Below are positions 41,842-53,940 of a stretch of 64,000 nucleotides of DNA, one piece after another. Location of the stretch: positions 222,130 to 286,129 of the forward strand of contig NIVC01001459.1 of assembly GCA_002269645.1 (NCBI GenBank), in the 5' to 3' direction. Each line of letters opens with the position of its first letter. Positions within the stretch are counted from its first letter, which is position 1. Below the pieces are notes generated by a model. The model saw only the letters and a program-made list of their open reading frames with translations. It searched no databases and had not been told where the DNA came from. Source of the stretch: Macrostomum lignano. Its lineage: Eukaryota. A program made the translations under genes and the position numbers.

Positions 41842-42000
41842 GGAGGGTTGTAGCGTAGTGGTTAGAGCGTCGGACTCACGACTTGAAGGTCGGGGGTTCG
41901 ATTCCCGATCCCACTGGAACAATTCGTGCCATTGAGCAAGACACTTCACTCTGCATTGCTTCAGTTCACCAAGCTGTAAAATGGGTACCGGCATTAGCCT
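41842..42000 (+). mobile_element. SINE family A in FUT copy 2 intron 2 (absent from copy 1)
   Basis: A box TAGCGTAGTGG, B box GGTTCGATTCC, CORE-like body. Confidence 0.88.
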
Positions 42001-42514
42001 CAGTCGCTGCGACTCTAGATGACTTTAAAACAACAAGATGTCACATGTCACGGTGGTACAAGTCACCAGAAAGCCGTCGAAGAGACGCCTAAGAGTCAAT
42101 TTGAGCTTCTCGAGCGCTTCTATTTAATGACTATGGGGCCGTCGAGTCGTTTCTGAAGCGTGACAGAGTCGCTGTAGAATCGCTGAGTTGCGTCCAAAGC
42201 GCACCTGCGTCACTTTATGAATTAGAATCGCATTTCACATTTATAAACAACTCTATTTTAGTCTACTTGAGTTAGCTCGTAGTAGAAAGTTAAGCACTAA
42301 AACGAGACAACTCTTGGATGACTTTTCGCGACTCGAGTCAACTGTTTCGTTTGTGTCGTTAAAACACCAAAGAATCGCCTAAGAGTCACTTGTGAGTTTC
42401 TTGCAATGACTACTTAGAAATTCTTGTCACGGTAACATTTTCATCGGGATTTAAGCAGGATGTAGCTATGAAGCCTACAACAGTGCACGCTGAAGTAGCT
42501 GCAATCTTACTTAC

Positions 42515-43127
42515 CCGCTATGCTTCTCTCCAGTCGCGCTGACAACCGGTTCAAACCGATAGTAGGGAGTGTAGATTGTAGAATCGCGTCGGTAAGTCAT
42601 CGTCCAATTAAAGTAAGTCGCCTCCTCTGTAGTGTCCGGGTATTCTCGCAACAGGTAGGAAGGAAACGTGAACTGTTTAAAGTAGGCCAGAGTGTCGTCA
42701 ACAAAGGATAACCAGGTCGCTTTCAAGCAATGCTGGCCGCATCGTTGAGTAGTCATCTGCATCGGACTCTCGATGCTGTAGTAGATCCACAGCTGATTCC
42801 GCGGCAGCGTCTGTCGCATGCGACGCAGACGCCTCCGACTGGGCAGATCGTAGGCGTGAAACAGCAGCGCGTGGGCCTGCGAATGGTCAGCAATGAGCCG
42901 GCAGTTGGAGGCGCAGGCAGGCACCAGGCTAGGCTGCAGCACCACGTTCCAGTAGCTGTAGTTGTGGAAGATTCTGGTAGGCAAGCCGATACAGGTGGCG
43001 TTGGCTGGACAACCGACGCTGGTAGCCAACGGCGAATTGGACAGAGCGAATTGGATCTCAGCGGCAGCGTGTCGGTCACGGACCAGAGCAGCGAGGTCGC
43101 GCAGTTCCAGATCGTTTTGCATCAGAA
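42515..43127 (-). CDS. GT10 alpha-1,3-fucosyltransferase copy 2, exon 2
   Basis: Inverted near-identical copy of 27844-28459 (one codon shorter), with the same splice sites. Confidence 0.9.
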
Positions 43128-43249
43128 CTGATGGGGTGTCAAATATAGTAGGTCAGGAAGGATTCAATAGTCCCCTAACCTAGCTGAGCTTGTTTCAGGA
43201 GCATTTTATTGTAAATAAGGCGGTCGATGTTGCAACTTGGTTCTCTCAC

Positions 43250-43450
43250 TGATTATTTCACTGAGAAAAGTATTGGAATCCCTCAATGAGCAGATGTGCA
43301 ACCGACAGCTCAGCCGCATCTATTGCGCGGCGCATCTGAAGACTGCTTACGACTGTTCTGTCCAAAGACTGGGGGTCGCCACACACACTCTCCATAACCT
43401 CAGCTAATGCTGTTACTCGTGAGTCCGATGCTCTAACCACTAAAACCACT
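43250..43450 (-). mobile_element. Internally deleted SINE family A in FUT copy 2 intron 1
   Basis: Head (GAGTCCGATGCTCTAACCACTA) fused to tail (GGGGTCGCCACACACAC); same position and relative orientation as the 27471 copy. Confidence 0.7.
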
Positions 43451-43529
43451 TCGATTAGTAATGGTACAGCTCTGCTAGTTGACTGGAAACGAGAAAACTG
43501 AACTCCTAATTAACAAATCTCTGACTCAC

Positions 43530-43653
43530 TTTGCCATCCAAGCAAAACCGTAAGACAGCAATCCGCCAGCAACCATCGAAGCTGCCTCCTTCCTCTTGGC
43601 GATGAAACTAAACTGTTCCATCGTCGACACAAGTAGAGCAGTCCAATTCGCAT
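43530..43653 (-). CDS. GT10 alpha-1,3-fucosyltransferase copy 2, exon 1
   Basis: MRIGLLYLCRRWNSLVSSPRGRRQLRWLLADCCLTVLLGWQ; 124 nt, same phase-1 donor as copy 1. Confidence 0.8.
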
Positions 43654-43839
43654 AGCTTCCCGAGTTCCTGAGATTGCTGCTTCTCGATTGCTCGCTAGTG
43701 GTTCGGTTCTGAAAGCGTAGCAAGGGTGTTAAATATACCGATAACACTTGAAATAGGTTAAGCATAGGTTAATAGGTAAATGTTAAAAGGTTAACATTAG
43801 AGAGAGAGGTAGAGAGAGAGAGAGAGAGAGAGAAGAGAG

Positions 43840-44624
<785 letters not shown>

Positions 44625-47519
44625 TTCGCGCTTGCAGCATGGGAAAAAATAACACAAGGAAGACAAGGCCTCAGTATTCTACATTCTAAACTCCACGACT
44701 CTAACCTCTAACATCATCCACGAGCTGCCCAAACTTGAAAGACTTTTCATTATTGAATCAGCAAAGAATTCAGGGATCTATTTGGCACATCTACTTCAAC
44801 TACGCGCTCAACTTCATTGAAGCTTCAATTTATTCGTCTAAACGCGGTACAATAGGGAACTATGCACTACGATTATCGACTATAAATATAGAGGGAGAAG
44901 AAGCAAGAATGCTATAACCTTCGTAAACTCACTTCATCTGTTTAACCTCGGCTCACTCTACACTCTTGTCGTTAGTCACTTGCCTGAGCAATGCTTGCAA
45001 GTTGAGAAGCGCTGAAGCAGTGTTTGCCGATAAGAATGGCAGTAATTGCAAATTTTAAGTGATCGAAACCGATTTTGACTGCGAGGCAAAGTGCTAGCGG
45101 ACTAAAAAGCGTGTTGCAGAGTAAGAAATGGAGGTTCCTAAGAAATAAAGGCGCGTTGTTTAGACGACTAAGCGTGATGCAGTACTAAGTTGTGATAGAC
45201 TGTAATTCCATTAAGGAAGATGGAAGGAATCTCTCGATCATTGGTTGAAGAATTTGTGGAATTTGTAATCAATATATAGTTCAGCGTGTCTTGCCGCTCG
45301 CGGCTACTGAAGCTACCGTACCGATAATAGCCAATTCAGTTCAATTAAATAGTGAGATTAAAGGAACAAATCATAGTAGAAAATTCATCTGTAATGTTTT
45401 AAGTGATTAGCAATAGAGTTGAATATAGCTCTAGTACAAATTAAGTAGAAAGCGATATCACGCACCTGCAACAGACTATTTGGAATAATTTGCTACATTG
45501 TGTTTTGGAGCAATTAGTGCAATATGCCGTACTGACTAAGGCAATACTAAATACAAAATACAATATAAGTATTGCAATTATCAGTAAAAATTTATATCAA
45601 GTAATAATTAAAGAGTGATGACACGAGCTACTCGTAAAAAGCGTACCACGATTAAAGATTTTATACAAATAATTTTCTATGCCTGCATTTGTTCAGTTTC
45701 AAGGATAAAAAATTGTGAATATTCCATAATTTTTTTACAAATATTTACTTCATTTATGCATGCAGACTAGAGTGAAAAACTTTTATCATTTGGAACGCCT
45801 CTAAATATTGTACCATAAATTGTTTCGTTTAAATATCATAATTTACATAAAAAGCTTACATAATATGTAAGCTTATGTAAGCTATGCATGTAATATGTAA
45901 TAATATGTAATAATATGTAAGCTATAAGTAAGCATATTTAAGCTTACATAAAAAACAAGATAGACTTTCGTAATAGTTCATAGTTTAATGATAAGTAATT
46001 TAAAAACACAAAGCTTACACATAGGATTTTATCCAATTTCGATTTTATCTGTTCAAAATGTATATTCGATTCACAACTACTTAATTAACTACTACATACA
46101 AATTAATGTCGTGGTTTGGAACTCAAAACGGAGGAACTAAATATATTATTTGTATTTAGAATAACTGTAGTAGTTACTAGTCACCAGCAGGCATACCGTA
46201 TACTGCTATCTTTAATTTTATTTCTTAATTTATAAAAAGTTAATCATAATTAACCCGAATAAGTATCATGTTAAATACGTGCGCTCATAATGAAACTTTG
46301 TTATAAGTATAAGTAAAACAAATATAAATCCCTTTTCGATTTAATACTCTTTCAAGTAAAATACAAGTATAGTAAGATATTATACAAGGGAAAGTGAAAA
46401 ACAGATTTTTTAATTTTTTTATATTTTTACAGTCCACCAAACACTCAATTAACTATACTCTTCAAGCAACTTGTACATGTAGTTTACCCGAGAGTAAGAA
46501 TTGTATATAAAATTTGTTGGTATATAACAAAGTAATTTTTAATAATGTTTGTATAGCCACATTTTAAAACTGTTTTCTGCCCATTAGAAATAAAGAACTA
46601 GATCAAACTGGTTGAAGTCAAAGTTGAAAAGTATAACGCTTTCCTGACTAAATTAATTACCAGCTCCAACTTTAATTTTAGGAATAAAAATGAAATGCGT
46701 TTGACATCATAATTTCAATAGTTTTCAATTTCAATAGCTTAAACACAGCGACTAATTCAATCCATCCAAAAGTGGAATATAATTAGGGCTAAGAGTTTTT
46801 TACTTTAATAATTTGGTTCATAATCATTGCTGAATGCAGTTCAAATAGTGTAGGTCTACTTATTACTACTATATGACTGGGCCTGGCCGATATCTTTTTG
46901 TTTTTGTATGACATTCTAGGTAAGCCTATAGATATCAAGGACGACTGAAGTAATCTACTTAAGTAGTCCTTAATAGATATTTGAAAATTTTAATTCAATT
47001 TCAAAAGGAAGGCTACCAATGGATTCAGCAAGCAAAAGAGATTATCGCTCTTAGAAGATAAAATATTTGTCATGCTTAGTCTACTTTTCTTATTTTTGCC
47101 TTAGCAGTTGATCAATAAAGGTCCTTGTTGATGGCCTGAGAAACATGATGTGCTTGCCTGCTCCGAAGAAGTCGCAGTCTGTCAACACTATTGAGGCTGT
47201 CATTATGCTAGCGATCCAAAAAAGTCTGGAGTCCAGGGGAAAGGTTATTTTTGCTAAATTTTTATTCTGAAAAAACCTACTGGTTACGTTCTAAAAACCG
47301 TCCAATGAGTTGGCAATGTGGATTGTACATTTGAATGAAATTTGATGAGATCGACTTTTGAGTACATGTTACATACATACATACGAGTACATATAAAACA
47401 GTATGATAGCTGTAGCTTAAACTTCTCCATAAGTGCTATACGTGCAGATGAATTTCTCTTTCATATTCCTCTTTCTTTAACAATTTCTGCATGGCATCTC
47501 GCAATAGAGAGTACGAGTA

Positions 47520-47870
47520 CGTGACGTAGATCCCATTAACGACTTACTCATTCTCACGCAAATAGCGAAGACTTCGTACGTGTAGCTTGCGCGTACCCTC
47601 GCCATCAAACAAACGACTGCGTACACCATCGTGAAATATGGAAGGCCCGCAAAGCTTCCGCGAGGGGAGGTGGCACCTTTTCGGGTCGACCAAGAAATGC
47701 TGGACTTCATGGAGGAAGCCATTTACCACGAACCCGACTGTGACTTTAGCCGAGTTGAAAACTGGATTTGCATGCTCGGTATCCTGACATACAAGCATGA
47801 GGTCGCCATCGCAACAACATGTCGGCACTTCGGCGTGCTGTTGTACACAACGAAGCTCGTGTAGTGTGAG
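47520..47870 (+). mobile_element. Tc1-like transposase N-terminal (HTH) relic
   Basis: LARTLAIKQTTAYTIVKYGR...PRG is similar to ARQLEVKRSTAYTIVRSGR at about 62930; contains stops and frameshifts. Confidence 0.55.
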
Positions 47871-48017
47871 CATCTTTTGCGTATTCTATTAGTTAGGTTT
47901 TGCATTATTGTTATTGAATTATTATTTTGCTTCAAATTAGTCACGCGGTCTAATGTACTTTTTTCTTGTTAGTTAAAATCTAAATTCGTAAACAGGTTAG
48001 AAGTCAGACGCCAATTC

Positions 48018-49740
48018 TGTGACTCAGCGGAGGGTTGAGTTGTCTGCGAACCCCAGCTTTGCGCGGTCAGCCAATCAGAACCGGCCTGGACCCTGGCACG
48101 CGGCAAGTTCCAGTTCTACCCGGCGCCGCGGGCACAGTGCAAATCAGCTTAACGGGCGGCCGGCCAGACGACCACCACCCGGCTTGAGGGGGGGTTTTGA
48201 GGGTTTGACTCTGACTATATATGAAAGTGTGTTTGGCAATCAGATCTCACTGTTTTCCCTTCTTTCCCCGGTTTTGATTTTGTCCCTGTTCCCCGGCTGT
48301 TCGCCCGATCTGTTTTGGTTCGCGCTTTGAGGCGCTTGAGTTCGTCACCCCCGGTCCATACTTTTGTCCCCGCCCGACCGCTTCAGTCTTGTAGCGTAAC
48401 GATTCGGCATCCTTGTCTGACGTCGTCGCTATCAAGCGCGGTTTAGATAGAGACTGTCGGATCTGATCAAGTACGTGGCCTCGATCCTGAGGGCCTCAGT
48501 GTCACACCGAACGGCAGTACTGATAGAATTTAGTCAGTGCTCCGTTGAACGGTCAATTCGGCAGGGCTCTCGTTTGAGTGTAGGTTCTGGTTTAGGCCAG
48601 GGGTTAGGAGTCTTCTCCGTGGTCCTGTTCGGTTCCTTTTTTTCTTCTTCAGCTGAAATCCGCTTGCCAGTGCGTAATTAAAACATTATTACTAATCGTT
48701 TGTCTCGTTATCATTTTCCGCTATTATCAGTTCGAAATTATCTGCGCCGCAAATTGCTTTGAGAATCTTGTAACTTGGAGTTATCAAATTAAACCGTCAA
48801 TAAGATTTAGCTATTCTCATTAGGATTATCACTCTCTAAATCTATTCGGTTCGTGTTCCCTCGTGTTCTTTCTTTTCTTGTACTGTACCTGTGACTATTG
48901 GAGAAAGACTGGTAGGACTCGCCGACCGGCGATAGGCAATTAGGGCCAATAGCTTTAAAATCTCCGAACGCTCCAAGTAGGTTTGTCTAATTGCCTTTTA
49001 TCACACTCGTGAGAGAGTTGCAGTCCCGCGTAGTCAACAGTCCAAAGATCCAGTGGACGAGTTCGGCTTCAATTGTTGGACTCGACGCACACAGGGGGGC
49101 GTACAGATTCGTCGCTGATTTAAAGGGTCCTCCGTTTGTCGGTTTGCTGCGCAGTATCTCCAGGGGTTGGATGGAGCAATGCACTTCCAAACTATCCAAT
49201 TGGCATGATGAAGGACTGCTTTGGTGAATTTCTCAACATCCTGGCCGGCAACATCCAAGCTGCACTCAATGTGCCAGCATACATTATCTACGAGCCATTT
49301 TATTTGCAGAGCCATTTTATTTGCACACCCGTGCAGATAGTGCTGACACCTGGCATCGCGGCCAGATCATCAGGCCGCGGATGACCTCGTTTGGCTCGGA
49401 TGGCCCCGCCTCTGCTGCGGCAGCAAAGCTCATCACAGCAGGGACTCGCAGAGGTCAGCGCAGCGCGCAACGCCGCACTGAGCGGCGGCGCGAGCGCAAC
49501 CGGCGAGGGCGACTCCGTGGCGCGGCCAGGCGCCTGTTGTCCGCAGTCCCTGCTACCTCAACTATGGATCCGCCGGGTGGCGCCGGGGACCACGAGGCCA
49601 ACCTCCATCTGGCCCCTATTCCTAAGGGATTGGATAGGATCTGCGGACCGATTCCAATACCCTTAGAGGATTATCAATTGATGATTTTGGTACCCTAGAG
49701 TAACCGATAGGGGCACACGACTCCGATTCCGTTATTTAAA
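48018..49740 (+). mobile_element. LTR-like repeat (TGTGAC...GTCACA, 48018-48506) plus unidentified GC-rich internal sequence
   Basis: 6-bp inverted termini, CCAAT and TATATA boxes. No TSD, no clear PBS, no recognisable protein. Confidence 0.35.
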
Positions 49741-50710
49741 GAAGAAGACGCCCTTTCTTGAGAACCTCGAATCTGTGTTTAAAAAGAAATTTGTCAAACA
49801 GCAGCACAACAGTAACAGCTCTGAAAACTTCTTTATTTCACGCAACATATTGGCAGCTGCAGGTAAAAGTAAACGCAATTGTTATCTAAAGTACGTTACT
49901 ACTAAAAATATCAATAAAACCAACTGCAAGACAGCAGAAACCGGTACATTAGCTTGGCTGGTACATATTTGGAAGTTTTAAAATTCAATAAAAGTTATCA
50001 CAGTTATTATCAGGACTCATAAAGCCTCCAATATTAGATGAGACAGATGAGTAGCAATGCATGCAATTGAGCACTGTCAAGCATCAGATTTGCAACAACT
50101 CACATGTTAAAGTCAAACACTTGAGAATGCTTTGAGTCAAACTGTCTGAATAGAACAGATACAAATCATATTTTATTGGAGCACGGCTTAACAAATAAAC
50201 TCTAACAGCAACTTTGAGTAGCCTCAAGCGGCAGAAGCTCTGATGAGACAAAAATCTGGTGCCAGCATTCATGTTTAGAATGTCACCTGATTATTCGCTT
50301 ATTCTTCACTTATTCACGAAGGTAGCCAGAATAACCTGGTAGCTTAGAAGTTAAACCCACAGATGAACCTCCTAATCAATCATAATCACAGATTAACTCT
50401 ACAAGCAGATTGGTGTCACCTCAGTTTGTGAGAGGAAAACCAAATCAACGCGTCAATGTAAAGTCTGCTAACAGAATTCACGAAAATTGGTGCTCCGAGT
50501 TTGTAACTGAAATTCTGAAATTTGGCAAAGCATGAAATTTCGTAAAGCAGATCCATTTAAAAATCAAAGACGAGCTCATTTTCTATTCTGTGCTCACAGG
50601 CTGCGGTAAAACAGCTCCAATTAATTGGTCCAACATGCAGATTATAAAAATAAAAATTTGTAATACAGCAAAAACATGGCGATAACAGGTAAATTCACAA
50701 TCATCCGCCG

Positions 50711-52246
50711 TCAATCAGCAGAACCAGTTGAAACTCGGTAAAATCTGATGGAGAGGCTTTCTTCCTGGCACACGGCAAGCAGCTCGGAGTGGCCTTCAAC
50801 GATGGCCAAGCCATAAGGACGGTTTATTTTGTCTTCGCTACTGTCAGCCTCGCCCTCGACTCCGACAGTCTGCAGCACAGTGCCGTCACTACGCATCACA
50901 CGAACCACATGATTAAAACACTCGCTGACGAACACCAGACCCGAGCGATGAGCAGCGACTCCTGCAGGACTCTGAAGCTTATCAAAACGACTTCGCTTAG
51001 TCGGGTAGGTAGAGATCAGCTGACCGCTGTCAATGCACACTTTGTAGAGCTTACCAGCTTCCCAATCGGTAATCAGCACCGCATGGTCGATGATCGACAT
51101 GGATTCGTGAAATATTTGTTCATAAGGCACGCCACCGACAGGAACGCAGGTCTGCAGCTGGCCGCTGTCTTTGTCGATGCACAGCAGCTGCATTTCCGAG
51201 CCGCTTTTGTCCAGAGCAATTATCTTGTCAGAGCTGCAGGTCAGCCCAATAAAAATCACAGGCCGTCCGAGGCTGCTCGAGTTGATCTCAAGCGACACCT
51301 GACCGCTCAGGTCCGACACCTTCACACAGTTTATCTGCGAGACGTACAGAGCTTGGCGCTTGCTGTCACAGCAGAGTCCTGTGATTAGCGTGGACCAGTC
51401 GAGGTCGGCTTGAACTTTCAGCCTCACGGATCCGTCAATCGAACACGCGAGAAGGTAATCCAGATCGGATCCCAAAGTAAAAGCTACGAACAGACACGTC
51501 TCGGGAAGCATCTGTGCACCATCGACCGCAGACTCCGCCTTCACCACTTTGCTGCCTGAAGCATCAGGGGAGAAGCCCTTCGTGTTGCTGCAGCATGAAA
51601 CCCAAACAGGCGAACCATCGAGTCCCCGAATTTCGCTGTGGAACTCACAAATGCTCTGCTTCTCCTCGCTCAGCGGACCAACACTCTCGCACAGCTTCAT
51701 CACATCGCTCAGCTGCCTGTCAATCAGCAGCTGCAAGTCTCTCACGCCTCCGCTCACGTCGCCAATGTCTCTGCCGACTTGCTCAAAGCTGTCTCTCTTT
51801 TCATCCAAGTCGCCGCACTCCGCACTCACTGCAGCTGAGAGTGAGAGCATTGTCTTCAGGTCAGCATTGGCCTCAGCTTCAGTAAGGCCAATCTCATACT
51901 CCTGCAGCACTGACAGCTCATTCAGCTTCTGCAGGCTGCTCTCATGTCTCACAGTCAATCGGTTGAGCACAGATTCCTTGTAGGTGAGCAGCGACTCCAC
52001 AGCCGACTCGAACAGCTGCTCGACGCTCTGCAGCTCGGCTGCCAGCGCTCGCTGATGAACTCGAAGGCCGTCTTGCAGACTCTTCAGCGGCTGCAGCTGC
52101 TCGAGCGCCTTCTGTGCGAGGTAGCGCACCGCGGCAGCGTCCTGAGCCACGTGTCTCTCGCACAGGGGCTCTGGGAGGCGAACGCCGGTACCGGTCGGGG
52201 CAGCGCTGCAGCCTCTGATGAAGCAGCTCGAGCTCGAGTCGGACAT
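50711..52246 (-). CDS. Intronless protein: C-x4-C-x15-C-x2-H motif, long coiled coil, NHL/six-bladed beta-propeller (TRIM-NHL-like, no RING), 511 aa
   Basis: Uninterrupted ORF; [23 protein letters not shown] and NRPYGLA are NHL repeat motifs; ATG at 52246. Confidence 0.85.
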   Translation of the reverse strand: MSDSSSSCFIRGCSAAPTGTGVRLPEPLCERHVAQDAAAVRYLAQKALEQLQPLKSLQDGLRVHQRALAAELQSVEQLFESAVESLLTYKESVLNRLTVRHESSLQKLNELSVLQEYEIGLTEAEANADLKTMLSLSAAVSAECGDLDEKRDSFEQVGRDIGDVSGGVRDLQLLIDRQLSDVMKLCESVGPLSEEKQSICEFHSEIRGLDGSPVWVSCCSNTKGFSPDASGSKVVKAESAVDGAQMLPETCLFVAFTLGSDLDYLLACSIDGSVRLKVQADLDWSTLITGLCCDSKRQALYVSQINCVKVSDLSGQVSLEINSSSLGRPVIFIGLTCSSDKIIALDKSGSEMQLLCIDKDSGQLQTCVPVGGVPYEQIFHESMSIIDHAVLITDWEAGKLYKVCIDSGQLISTYPTKRSRFDKLQSPAGVAAHRSGLVFVSECFNHVVRVMRSDGTVLQTVGVEGEADSSEDKINRPYGLAIVEGHSELLAVCQEESLSIRFYRVSTGSAD

Positions 52247-52339
52247 TGTGCTTGAAGTCTTGAAGAAGGTGCTGAAAATGTGCAAAATCGTTTCAGTATC
52301 GAATCTGCCTGGCTAAAATACTTCATAATTGTTTCGATT

Positions 52340-52850
52340 GAAGTTTATCAGCTGCGGAAACACATCAGCATAGCGCAGGACCAGCTCAGTGACTTTGCAA
52401 TACAAGAAGGGGATGTCAGCGCAGTCGAAATCCCAGAGCGGATTCTGTGCCGAATCCCATCGGATTGGCCCCAAGGGTGTCAGAAAATCCTCCTTTTCAG
52501 CTCCAGAAGGATGACTAAAGAAAATGAGGAACTTGTGCAACTTAAGCCGTACGAAATCGTAAGTATCTGAGTTTGAGTTCTTTGTGTTTACCTCATAAAA
52601 TATGACACACTCAGCCCAGCTGCACGTCGCAAACAATGTCCTGTGTTCTCCAGACAGAGGTGTCCCAACATGAACAGACAAGAACTCGGATATTTCTTGT
52701 CTTTGTGTCGAAATCTGAATGCTACAGGGCAATATTTTATACTTTCAGAGCTTATTTACTGACAAGAAGAGGGTGCAGAGAGCAGCTAGAAGAGCTCACA
52801 TGGCGGGCAGAGAAGTTCTGCTCAGCCTTATGGCGGGTGGAGTCTCACTT
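52340..52850 (+). pseudogene. Degenerate DEAD-box helicase-like two-exon fragment (intron 52559-52653)
   Basis: FAIQEGD ~ FVLDEAD; CQKILLFSS ~ CQMLLFSAT; TRRGC ~ TR+ motif IV; GTAAGT...TCCAG intron keeps the frame. Confidence 0.4.
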
Positions 52851-53940
52851 TAGGCAGGGCAGCTGATAAAGTTTTGAGGGGTTTCAGGTCTACTCAACTG
52901 GCACTTGTTGATCATCTGATGCTGACTGCATGATCGTGTTTAAAATGAAATTTGTCAAACAGCATCACAACAGTAACAGCTCTGCAAACTGATGTATTTG
53001 AGGCAACATTGGCTGCTGCTGGTAAAAGTACACGCAGTTGTTAGCTAAAGTACATCACTAGTCACAAAAAATCAATAAACCCAACTGCAAGACAGCAGAA
53101 ACCGGTACATTAGCTTGGCTGGTAAAGATTTGGAAGTTTTAAAATTCAATAAAAGTTATCACAGATGTCATCAGGACTCATAAAAACCTTCAAGATTCGT
53201 TAGCTCGTAGTACAGATGAGTAGCAATGCATGCAATTGAGCACTGATCAGGCATCAGATTAGCAACAACTCGCATGGTGCAGATAAACACTTGAGAATGC
53301 TTTGAGTCAAACTGTCTGTGCTGAATAACAAAGTCGTCAAACAAAGCCTTACGAAGCTGGCAGCCTTGATTCTTCATCAGAGCAGCGCCTGAACTGCGCT
53401 GAGTTCGTCGACAAATCAGAAGATGTTTGAGTTTGGCCTAACAAATAAAATCCAATGGCCGAAATCTATAGCCAGCATTCATGTCGAAATGCCACCTGAT
53501 TTACTCGCTAATTCAACACTCATTCACCCAGGTAGCCAGAAGAACTTAGCTGCCACCAAGTTAAACTCACAAATGAAACTCCCATTCATATTCTAGCAAA
53601 ATCTAAACATTTTGGTGTCAGCTGAGTTTGTGCGAACAAAACCAATTAATAAATTAGTCAACGCCTCAATGCAAAATCTGCAACCAAACTTGACAGAAAT
53701 TTGCTACGGTACGTTGCAGTGGCAAGGATGGCACGAGATCGTGACTGAAATTGTCAAATTTTGTAAAGCAGATTCATTTAAAATCAAAGACGAGCTCCTT
53801 TTTTCCGTGCTTACGGACTACGGTAAAAAAGATTTAATTAATTGGTCCAGCACGCAGAATTTAAAAATAAAAATTTGTGATACAGCAAAAACATTCCAAT
53901 TCACAGCTGAATGGAACTGCTGATTCACAATCATCCGCTG

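Noticed and set aside
41842-41915. tRNA gene
   Set aside because: Has A/B boxes but no pairing anticodon or acceptor stems, and continues into a SINE body; the same applies to 17070, 27471 and 39466.
52313-52732. 139-aa minus-strand ORF as an upstream exon of the NHL gene
   Set aside because: No recognisable domain or paralog equivalent; the plus strand has the clearer splice signals.
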